From: Lama glama | Lineage: Eukaryota | Direction: 5' to 3' | Length of the DNA stretch: 64,000 nt | NCBI GenBank assembly: GCA_028534125.1 | Contig: CM052816.1 | Location: 96,040,001-96,104,000 of the forward strand | Shown: in pieces, positions 26,420-37,110 of the stretch | Position numbering within the stretch: position 1 is the first letter of the stretch | Layout: every line of letters begins with the position of its first letter | Translations under genes and position numbers: made by a program | Notes under the pieces: model-generated | What the model was told of the DNA's origin: nothing | Database searches by the model: none | The model's input: the letters and a program-made list of their open reading frames with translations, nothing else

Positions 26420-26605
26420 CTCAGTATTACACTCTTCCCAGCAACCCACGAGGAGAGTACAATTAATGTCCTCATTTCATAATGAGGCAGCTGAGCTTAG
26501 GGAGGTTAAGTAACTTGCCCGAAGTCACTCACCCAGCAAGGCGCAAGGCGGGAACTGAAACTCAGGAAATCTGGTGGGGGAGCAGGGCTTCTTAACTACT
26601 CTGCA
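26420..26605 (-). mobile_element. MIR SINE
   Basis: cctcatttcataatgaggcagctgagcttagggaggttaagtaacttgcccgaagtcac. Confidence 0.85.
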
Positions 26606-28930
26606 CCTCCTCTGTGTCTCACAAACGTCCGTAACGTTTCATGTCTAAGCTTTCTGTTGTGATTAAAAAGAAGTGTCCTGAGAAGACTGTCTCTCCCCAC
26701 GGGCTGATGTTGTGCTGGGGAACTCAGTTCATGAATGATGCTGTCAGTGTGTAAGTGGAATGATGAAGGGTGTATGCAGTGGGTTTTGAGTGCCAGGCTG
26801 AAGGAAGAACTAGTTCTCCTGGGGGTACGAATGCCTCAATAGCTGAGCTTTTGCCTCTGAGATGGGCCTTCACAGGGCAGGAAGGGGTGTAGATGGGGAG
26901 TTGTGGCTGGGAGAAGGCTTTCTGAGCATAAAGAGCAAAAAGGTGTGTGAGCACGCTGGTGCCTCAAGAATGCTGAGTCATGCCCGGTGCCTGGTGGAAG
27001 GTGAGGCAGGAGTTTGGAGTGAGGTTGGAGGTTGTGTGGCATCTTGCCGGCCATGCTCAGGGACTGTCACGATCAAGCACTGAGAGTCAGGACAGAGACA
27101 TTTAGGCTACACTGAGGATAGATGGAAGAAAAAGAAAAAGCCAGGCATGATTCAGCCAGAACACCAGCTGGGACAGGGAGAGAAGGCCCTTCAGCATGGA
27201 CCACTAACACATGCCGGGTGGTGTGTCGGGAAGACAGAAAGCGTGAACTCACGTGGTCCTCACAAAAACCATGACCATTAGGTGCTACTAGTATTTTAGA
27301 TGAAGAAAGAGATTTATTTAGCAAAGGTTAGGAAACTCTTCTCACGCTCTCAGATTAGAAGATGTGAATTCGAACTCACATCTTTCTGATTCCAAAAATC
27401 GCTGGAAGGACTGGTGGAGTAATCCTATTTGCCTGGTGGAATTAGAGGCAAATCTTAGCATCTCTTCTGAAGCTGAGGGTGAGGTTCAAACACGTCACTT
27501 GTAAAACTTCCAGGGAAGTGTCGATAGATGAGACAAGCTGTCGAAGTCCTTTGTAGCGCTGTGGTTGTATGTTTACATGGAACGAATTAGTCCTTGGCCA
27601 CAAGCAAAATCACTTTATTTGTTAATTGTAAGATATGTGGATGTTCTGTGGATCCTCTGTATAGACTGATGTTCAGTGAAAAGAGTGGACCAAGAGAAAA
27701 GGGTTCAGACACCCGAGTCTGACGTGTGTGTGTGTTTCGGTGCAGAGTTAATCATTTTAAGCATGTGGTTATAGCAAATAAGGACACGGTTCTCCATGCT
27801 GTAGACCAGTGCAGAGGACTGTCAAGTGATTCATCTGTGGGGCCCACTGGGACTGGGACTGGCTTGCATTTGATTTATCAGAGCACGCTGAAGACAGCGC
27901 TGGCCTGCTCAGAGACACTGAGCTGGAGGAAATGCTGGTGGCCAAAAGAAGAGGCAGCTGTTTGTTAAGGCTGTGTTATCCTTAGCTAGCAATCTCGGGC
28001 CCCTTCTCATACTTGAAACTCCTTAGGAAAACTCCTATGGGAGGAGAATCCTGCCCAGAGAACCCCTGTAGGATGAGAATCTTCAGTGGGCCAGGAATTG
28101 ATTTGTGAAGTTACGCTTGCTGAAGATTTACCAAATTGTGATCTGGGGGCAGCATAACTATTTGTGATCTGAAACGCTAACTTGACAGTCACAGCACTCT
28201 GTGGCCTCATGCTGTGGGAACAGTGGAGGGAGGCGTGAGACTGATATTTAAGGGCCGAGAAGAGGACCACAAGGGACTGCTGAGTCCGAGTCATCATGCA
28301 GGTGTTGTGTGATGGGGACTTCACAGTAGGAGTTGGAACTGTGGCCCCTGGGATAGGTTAGAGATCCAGAAGAGCATGTTTCATGATCCAGGGTGGAGAC
28401 GGTGAGAAACATTCTCTCTGGCTGACACGTGGCACAAGATTCTTAGTCTTCTAAGAACTATGTAGACATAGTTTAAGGAATATGTCCAAGTACGTGGGCA
28501 CAGTTTTTACAGATGCCACCCAGCCATCCGCATGCCCATTGGTTCTACCATTCACTCTTCTCTTTGGAGAATGAGCAATACTGGAAGAATTTTCCTTAGC
28601 TATCTGCCTTAATTGCTTTCACATTGGAAAAACACTGGGTAAAGAATAGGAATTTCTATTCAGTATATTTGGATGAGGAAATGTGAGCATCATCCCTGGG
28701 GATTATCCAAGGGTGCACACGGCATTCATGCTGGAGAGGCCAGCTCTTGGGCTTGGAGCCAGGTCTCCGCCAACGTAATTAATAAGTAATTGAATATAAG
28801 TAATATAAATGGCGAGGGAATTTATGATGGTGGATAATAGAAATTATAAAGTAATTTCTAATTGTAAATAGCAAAAGCTATTTAAAATTATTGTAGGGGC
28901 AGTCGTTCCGTGAATATGTGTGTGGCAGCC

Positions 28931-29430
28931 NNNNNNNNNNNNNNNNNNNNNNNNNNNNNNNNNNNNNNNNNNNNNNNNNNNNNNNNNNNNNNNNNNNNNN
29001 NNNNNNNNNNNNNNNNNNNNNNNNNNNNNNNNNNNNNNNNNNNNNNNNNNNNNNNNNNNNNNNNNNNNNNNNNNNNNNNNNNNNNNNNNNNNNNNNNNNN
29101 NNNNNNNNNNNNNNNNNNNNNNNNNNNNNNNNNNNNNNNNNNNNNNNNNNNNNNNNNNNNNNNNNNNNNNNNNNNNNNNNNNNNNNNNNNNNNNNNNNNN
29201 NNNNNNNNNNNNNNNNNNNNNNNNNNNNNNNNNNNNNNNNNNNNNNNNNNNNNNNNNNNNNNNNNNNNNNNNNNNNNNNNNNNNNNNNNNNNNNNNNNNN
29301 NNNNNNNNNNNNNNNNNNNNNNNNNNNNNNNNNNNNNNNNNNNNNNNNNNNNNNNNNNNNNNNNNNNNNNNNNNNNNNNNNNNNNNNNNNNNNNNNNNNN
29401 NNNNNNNNNNNNNNNNNNNNNNNNNNNNNN
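28931..29430. other. Assembly gap (500 N)
   Basis: N run of exactly 500. Confidence 0.98.
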
Positions 29431-30755
29431 TGTCTCTAAAATTTCTCTTAAAAACAGTATTTTCTTTTTCTGATGTACTTCATTTGTGTAGAATCAATTC
29501 CCTTTCCCTGAACAGAAGCTTCCAAATCATGCTGATATTACATAATAATCAGACTAGAAGAAATATATTTCAGCATAAATCTTTGTTGACATAGCTGATG
29601 AATTCCTTTGGAGAATGTTCTAGAGATGAAACCGCCAAGGCAAAGTGTATGAATACTTTTAAGCCCCTTAAAATTTCTCTCTCTCTCTCTCTCTCTGTGT
29701 TTGTGTGTGTCAAATAAAAAAAGCGAGTTTTGTTGTTAAACAGCCATAGCCACCAACAAGTGTCTCATATTTGAGTTTCAAAAATGGCAATCATTAAAGA
29801 AATACCAGATTCTGCAAGGTGAAAACAAACTTTTTTTTTTTTTTGGACTTCCCAAATAGGTAGCTTTCTTCCACACTTGCCAATGTATCATGATCTATGA
29901 GATTAGTTACTAACTAGATAGATCTGTCTCCGCTGCAAGGACGTGTCCTCAAATAATGACTGCCCGGCTTGGGAAACGTCTGACTTTCCAGAATGAGGTG
30001 CTTGTGAGTGAAAGCACAGCCCCGCCACCTCCTCTCTTATCTCCGTGGCTAATGAGCTGCTTCTTGTGGTGCTGTGGTTGTAATCAGAGCAAGCTACGGG
30101 AATTTTCCAGAACAGCAAGACTAACCGTAACATAGTCCCTTTTACACAAGATGTTACAGAAGGTACCATTAGACACTCAACCGGAAACACAGTCTACTGC
30201 TAATGAACCAAATGTGTGCTAACTGCCCTGTAGTGATCTGACAGGTATGTGCTATTTACCCAGCTACAGTGGCAACTTTGAGGACAAAACACGGATCTCC
30301 ATGTCAGGATGGAAAGTGACCGTCAGAGCCTGTGCACCTGCTCATATCTTCTCAGTATAAGCAGAGGACTTTGCATAATACAGCTTGTCGAGGCTGATAA
30401 AATCAATATCATTTCCTTAGTAAGAATGAAAGTTTCTTTTCTTCTCAGGTAAACGCCTAGTTTACACTTGCGTGTTGTATGTTTTCATCGTGACTGTTCA
30501 TCACCCGACTGTAAATGAGAACAGTGGGAAGTCCCTGTTCTGTATGGGAAGTTGGCCGCTGCTCTGCTCACACTTCTACCTTCTAACCACCCCCGCTTTA
30601 AACTTGTCCTGCTTTCTGTCCTGCCCTCAAGCTTCTGTTCTTTCATCATTTTCTGGCCTTACTGCCTAGTGAGTCAACCTGAGCTGAATCTAAACATGGA
30701 CATTCTGGCTCCAGTCTCATTAGTTAATCCATAAAACTAACCTCACCCCATTCAC

Positions 30756-30855
30756 TTATTTTATTTTTTGACAGGGAGGAGAGGTAATTAGGGGATTGAA
30801 CCCAGGACCTTCTACGTGCTAAAGCATGTGCTCTGTCACTTGAGCTGCACCCTCC
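30756..30855 (-). mobile_element. Vic-1-type SINE with about 35-bp internal deletion
   Basis: Reverse complement reads gagggtgcagctcaagtgacagagcacatgct...aggtcctgggttcaatcccc|taattacctc...A tail; lacks the AT-rich linker present in the 19558 copy. Confidence 0.85.
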
Positions 30856-31454
30856 TCACCTTCACTCCTTTTAAACCTAAATATTTTACTCACTTTGAGT
30901 TACAAAATTAATAAATCCTTGTTGAAAATTCAAACAGTACAGAAGAATATAAAATAGCCACCGTGCTTAGGAGTAATCAGAATTTTCTTTCACCTACAAA
31001 CGTTTAAACATAAAAATCATTTGCTTTATTTCAGTCAATAGTTGGACCTTTCTCTTTCTTTCTTTCCCTCTTCTTTCTCTCTCTGTAGGTAAATAAGTGT
31101 CTACATATTATTTTTTTTCACTCAGCAGCAGTATTGGATTTTTATGCCCATGTGTAGAGTTTTACTACATTTGGTTTTACAAGCTGTATAATATTTAATA
31201 GTATGGATATGCCATAATTTATTTGATTTCATTACTTATAGCTTTGATCTTTTCATTTCAAACAGGTAAATGTGTTCACCACCCCCATTCTCAGTAAATT
31301 CTACCCTGAAACTTTTACTGTTTCTCTGCCAAAATTGTGATCTCCTCATTTCCAGTTCATTCACATGTTTCCCGTGCTTCCAAAACCCACCTGTTCCCCA
31401 GCATCCTCCTGCCTCAGCTCGACCCTTCATGCCACTCTTTGCAAATGTTGCTTG

Positions 31455-31800
31455 ATCCTTTCATTCAACAAATATTAAGTATTTTCCATGTGCAAAAAAA
31501 TATGGTGGGCCTTGAGGGGCTGTAGTCATGGGCACAGGCTCTCCTGTGAGGTCCTGCTGTGCAGCAGGGAAGCCAGGTCGCAAGGCAGAAGCCAGGCTGA
31601 GACACAGTGTGAGCTGAGGGCGGTGGAGATGACTGTACCTAAGGAGGTTCGGTGGAGGGGTCCTTGCTTCTCGCTGGAGAAATGGTTATGGGAAGGGGGG
31701 AGCTGGTGTTTGGTCTGGACCTCGTAGGAGGCATGAGGTTCAATGTGGACATAGAAGAAAGTTTTCAGGGCAGAAGGGTAGAGTGGGAAAGCGTGGGGTC
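31455..31800 (-). mobile_element. Decayed LINE-2 3' end
   Basis: ttcattcaacaaatattaagtatt...tgtgc terminal motif followed by purine-rich L2-like text. Confidence 0.6.
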
Positions 31801-33623
31801 TGAGGAGGGTTATTAGCGAGTCTAATCCCATTTAACTGATCTGATCCTGGGGAGGTGATGAAGCTGCGCACCACTTCCGTTGTCCGTTCTGCATTCATTC
31901 ATTTTCACGTTAGCACTACTGTGAAGTCTCTGTTTACATTTCCTTACTTTCTCAATATAGTTTTAACAAATTCAAAATACTATATAATTTTGCTTCTTTT
32001 TGCATTTGCTATATTGATTTACTGTATTTTATATTCTTCTTGACTCTTTTCTCTCAACGTTATGTATCTAATATTCGTTTATCCTGTACGAGGCTGGTGT
32101 CCACACATTTTCCCTTTGATATAATATACCACAAAATCCTGCATTCGTTCAGTGGGCAGTTACATTACTTCTGGTTTTTTGCTGTGATGAAAAATGCTGC
32201 TATGACTGCCCTTTCACACGTGTCCTGGGGAGATGTGGAAGTTCCTAAGGCTGAGCCGCCCATTGTCACAGCTCTTTGTAAGCAGGGAACTGATTTCATC
32301 ATCTCTGTGTGGGAAGACACTAATGTGGTTGTGAGAGACTTTTTTTGTTCCTGCAAGATTTAAGGAGCATTTTTAAATAGTCATTATTTGTTTATTAAAA
32401 CTTTTTTTCATGATTCTTCACTGCTAGGGAGTATTCTGCGTTCTTTGGAATCAACTCATATAATTTTAAGGCACGAGTTTTATCTCATATCACAGATAAG
32501 GGAACCCAAGGCGTAATGTTGATGTTGGCGCTGATTGAAACCCCGGCGGTCTGGATCCAGAGTCTGTGTTCTCATCGCCTCCACGAGGCTGCCTCTCCTA
32601 CATGGGTGGAGGTGGGCAGGGTGGGTCACAGAGACATCGCGGGCTGAGGAATACCATAGATGGTACTGTACCCTTCGCATGCCAACAGCAGGCGAGCAAG
32701 CATCGGCAGCTGTGCTGAACCCCCTTCCCTGTTAAGGGATGACTTGCCAAATTGGTGCAATCTGTCATTGCTTTTTCTGGACTTATATTTAGGAATTGCT
32801 CCTTTTGTATTTTCATTAACATAACCCCCATCACATAGCTTTTAATATTTTAAAATGCAAAATTGCAAAACACTTGGGGATTACTTTAAACCATGGAGAC
32901 CTTTGCTGTAATGTCCTCAGTGACCTTTCCACGTTTCAGGCTAATGAACGGGAGAATAAAACACCATATGTTCACAGCACGTCTGCATTTCATAGCTTTG
33001 CATTATGTGCTAATCATTCAGTGCTTTTGCGGCCGCTGATTCATGGTCTTCTTGACTTGTTCTCCTGAAGTCTCACCTAATAGCCTGATGCCTTGTGGGG
33101 GCACTTGTAGGGTTCCACAGAAGTGCTCCTGAAACGTTCTGTAATCACTGTTCAGCTGCTCGGGCAGAAAGTACCCAGTCTTCACGATTTTTCCATCACT
33201 TAGGTAAAGGATGTCTTGGTTTCTGTCCCCTCTAGGACCTGGTCCATCAGCCAATAATATTTAATGTCATGGTCTCATCTGGGCCCTGGGAACGACCAGT
33301 GAGCAAGACCAAGGCTGACTCCCCCTGTTCGAATATCCCAGTGGATTAAATAGGCCATAAACAGAAACAGCAGCTGAATGATCTCAAGTCGTCTTAAGTG
33401 ACGTGAGTGAAAGAAAATAGTAGAAACTGGTAGAGAGTAAAAGGCTGTGCTCTAGCTGGCTTGGTTTGGGGGTTGGTTCCTGAGGAGGTGATGCTGCAGG
33501 AGACCTGAGTAGTAATGAGAAAGAGGCACCTTGGCAGGACCTGGAGGAAGGACTTCTGGACCTAAGGACCAGCAAGGGCCATCTGAACAGGGATGAGCTC
33601 GGTGGGCAAAAATACCAGAGCGA

Positions 33624-33677
33624 TGTGTGTGTGCGGGTGTGTGCGCGCGTGCGTGTGCGTGTGCGTGTGCGTGTGTG
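33624..33677. repeat. (GT)/(GC)/(GTGCGT)n alternating purine-pyrimidine repeat
   Basis: Read directly; uninterrupted alternation from 33637 to 33677. Confidence 0.9.
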
Positions 33678-33761
33678 GCTCCAGCACAGTGCAGGGGAAA
33701 ATGCCAAAGTGGGAGGGGGGCGCCCTTTTAAAACACACAAGTATTTTATTATAGTTGATTC

Positions 33762-34143
33762 TTTTTTTCCAGCCTTATGGAGTACAATTGACAAATAACA
33801 ATTGTATGTATTTAGTGTACAACATGGTGTATATATGTATGTATGCGCACATTATGAAATGATTCTCACAAAATCGAAGTGATGAACACATCCATCATGT
33901 CACCTACTTACCTTTGTGTGTGTGTGGTGAGAACATTTAAGATCTACTCTCCTAGCAGATTTCAAGCATACAACATGGTATCATTAATGACAGTCACCAT
34001 GCTGTCCCTTGGATCTCCAGAACGTACTCCTTCTGTGTAACTGAAACTTTGTACTCCTTGATCAGCATCTCCCAGTTTCTCCCATTCCCCAGCCCCTGGA
34101 AGCCTGTTCTATTCTCTGCTTCTGTGAGTTTGACTTTTTTAGT
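33762..34143 (-). mobile_element. L1MA7-9-like 3' end fragment
   Basis: ccagccttatggagtacaattgacaaata...gtggtgagaacatttaagatctactctcctagcagatttcaag...actgaaactttgtac...ctctgcttctgtgagtttgactttttt. Confidence 0.85.
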
Positions 34144-36399
34144 CTTTCTACAAAGATGACTCTGGTTGCAAAGTAGATAATAGACTTTGGGGGGGTGGGG
34201 CAAGAGTGAAAGCCTCACAATCACCTCAGGAGTCTTCTGCTGAGTCTAGGGGAGAGAGGCTGGCCGTGGGACTGCAGCAGTGGAGGTGAGAGACGGGACA
34301 GGCTTGACTGATGGTTTAGAGTGTCATGCAGGGAAATCCGAGACATCAGAAGGACTCTTGCTGTGATAGGGAGTCAAGAAGCATGAAAGGGGAAGAGAGG
34401 CAGGTAGTGGTTTGTTAGGTCCATGTATGGTTGGAGGCAAGTCCTTGCACTCAAGAAGAAGTGAAAGGAGGTTGGAAGTTATAGTTTCAGGGACAGGCTG
34501 TGGCTGAGATAGAAATTTATATTCACCAGCTGATGGCTGCTCTCCGACATCTTGGGCCCCCAGGAGGACATGTAGATGGTGGACAGAGGGCGACAGAAGA
34601 CATTAAGGCCATCCCATAGTTGTGCAGGGGCTGGTGCACGTCCATCATTGGCTGGATTAAATTATGGTCAGTGAGGTCTCTGGCTCCAGGACGGGTGAAT
34701 GATGCTGCAGTCGGTTACGTGGTGAAATTTCTATCCCCAAGGAAACACATATTCAGCTCCAACTCCCAAGTCAATTGGTAGCAATAGAGCATCTTATTTT
34801 TTTCAGCCAAATGATCCTTGTGTCTTGGAGGGCTTTTGATCTGTTGTCAATAACTGGTTATTGCAGAAATGACATGTATATATATACAAGGACAGTATCT
34901 TCAGTACAGCAAGATGACCATGGATTTGGGGCTAGGGATGTGCCTGTTAAAATTATTAGCTCTTCCATTTATCTGTGGGACCTCCTTGGGTCTTGTCTCC
35001 ACATCTGTAGAATAGGAAAGAAGGCTAATACTTGTTTTATAGGCTTATTTCAGGAAAATAAGAGATGCTTTCATGCTTTACAGAATCACATAACCTTCTT
35101 TGCCATTTCCTATAATTTAGTATTTTCTGATTCAGTGGAATCTTTGATTTTGCCATGATATGTCTCAGTGTTTTTTCTTGTGATTAGAACTTTTAAGATT
35201 TACTCTCTTAGCAACTTTCAAATATGCAACACAGTGTTATTAACTTGGTAATTTTTTTTTATTTTAGGAAGGATTTCTTATTCTTGTTTAATGAACTGAC
35301 CCCAAAATAGTAATTACTGCTCTTGAGGTCTGTCTTTTTTTTTTTTTCCCTTAGACCACGGAGTGCAACAGATTTGAACTCAAATGTATCGACTTTAACA
35401 TGTTGGTCCATTGGACCTAATAGGTGTCATCAGTTATCACACACGAGGGTCATTCCCCAGTGAAATCTAAAAACATCCATCAGGGGCCTTTTCGCTAAAC
35501 AGTTCAGTTTTCCCAAATATATTAATAGTCTATGGTCTGTAAATTTATCTGACACACTATTTCTAGCTATTCACATTTTCACCCTAGAATAATGAATTTG
35601 ATGAATTTACTTCTGTGAATTGTAATATCATCCTTTCTTTTTTGTCCTTTGATTTTTCAGATGGTTCCAGCAAATTATGATGTGCCAGAATAAGTTATCC
35701 AGACCCCTCAGGGTTCACACACTTTAGTTATATCTTCATGAGCTTTCATGTTTCCAGACCCAGGAGACTTCCTTTTTTTAAGCTGGTCTGCCTATAGTAA
35801 GCCCTTCATCCCTTTGACCATTAATTGGAAAATTATGACATTGAGAAAGGGCATTTCTCAAAATCATGGGAATCCTCATATTTGGACCAGATGTTAAGAG
35901 AATTTTAAGAGAGGAATAAAACATCTGTGACAATGAATAGCAGACTCATAGAAGGAACAGCACCATGAATTGCATTTTAGTGGCACCGTCAATATTGACA
36001 AGAGGGTGGAGATGTGGATGCGGGTTTGCCTTATTTTTCTCCGTGAACTCCCTTCTCAGGTGGTAATTTGTTTGTATATTCTACGCCCTGTATTGTCCAG
36101 GGGCTGAGATTTTTAGAGGTTTATTTTGGAATGAGCCACAGACACAGGTAATTGAAGTTCAGGGTGATAAAGGCTTTGACAGAAATGAGTGTTGAGGTGC
36201 AGTGGGGCCGCAGGAGGATGGGGGGAAGTGGGGAAAAAAAATCAGAGAAAGCTACTCAGAGGTGAAGCTGAAGAACTGGGCCTAGCGGCCGGGAGACCTG
36301 CCAGAAAACAGCCGAGCTATGGAGGTGAGACACAGAGGGGGCTGGTCAGGGGTGGGGGCGGGGTGCGAGTCTAGATACGGGAAGAGGACAGTTGTCAGA

Positions 36400-37110
36400 A
36401 CACAGTGACAACGACACAGGAGCTTTGTGAAGATGTAGGAGGGGGAACTGGAGGGTGAGTCCTCGGATTATGAGCTGGATATGAGAGTAAACGGTGGAAC
36501 CAGCCATGAGAGGAGAGAGGCACAGAGGGGACAGTTGATAAAGACAGGTAACGAGGTCACCCACCGATGAGGTACCTCTGGCTTCTTTATGTGAAGACGT
36601 CTATTTTGACTTATGAGACTTGATTATGTTCAGAGGTCTTGAAGAGAGTTACAGATTTGGAATTCACCTGCTTTAATTTTTTTGTTTGTTTTATGTTCTT
36701 TTTTTTGTATTTTTTTATTGAAGTGCAGTCAGTTTACAAAGTTGTGTCAGTTTCCTGTGCACAGCACAATTCTTCAGTCATACGTGAATGTATCTCCTGC
36801 TTTTAGGAAGTATGTAAAGTCACGTGAGTTTGAAGAGATAGGCCACTGAGAGCGTCGACTGAGAAGAAATGACGTTCGGGAGAGATTAGGGTGCACCTTC
36901 ATTTAAAGGAAGACTGAGGAGTGAGAGGTCTGGGTGCAGCAGGAACACAGGGAGATGGGGGTGTTAGGGAACCCAGGGACGAGAGAGTTTCAGGAGATAT
37001 TCAAGAGAAGAGGCCCTTGGCACAGTGCCATGGAGATGTCGGATTTCATGAACTCATTGGTCTTGGCGATCAGAAGGTGAGCAGTGATGCTGACCAGAGT
37101 AGGGACACTA
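36400..37110 (-). mobile_element. Decayed LINE-2 interrupted by a short camelid-type L1 3' end (36675-36795) with 8-bp TSD
   Basis: L1 tail tattgaagtgcagtcagtttacaaagttgtgtcagtttcc; TSD CCTGCTTT at 36667-36674 and 36796-36803; flanks are L2-like. Confidence 0.7.

Noticed and set aside
28910..29594. Long ORFs spanning N runs (also 3825-4400)
   Set aside because: Artefacts of translating gap Ns.
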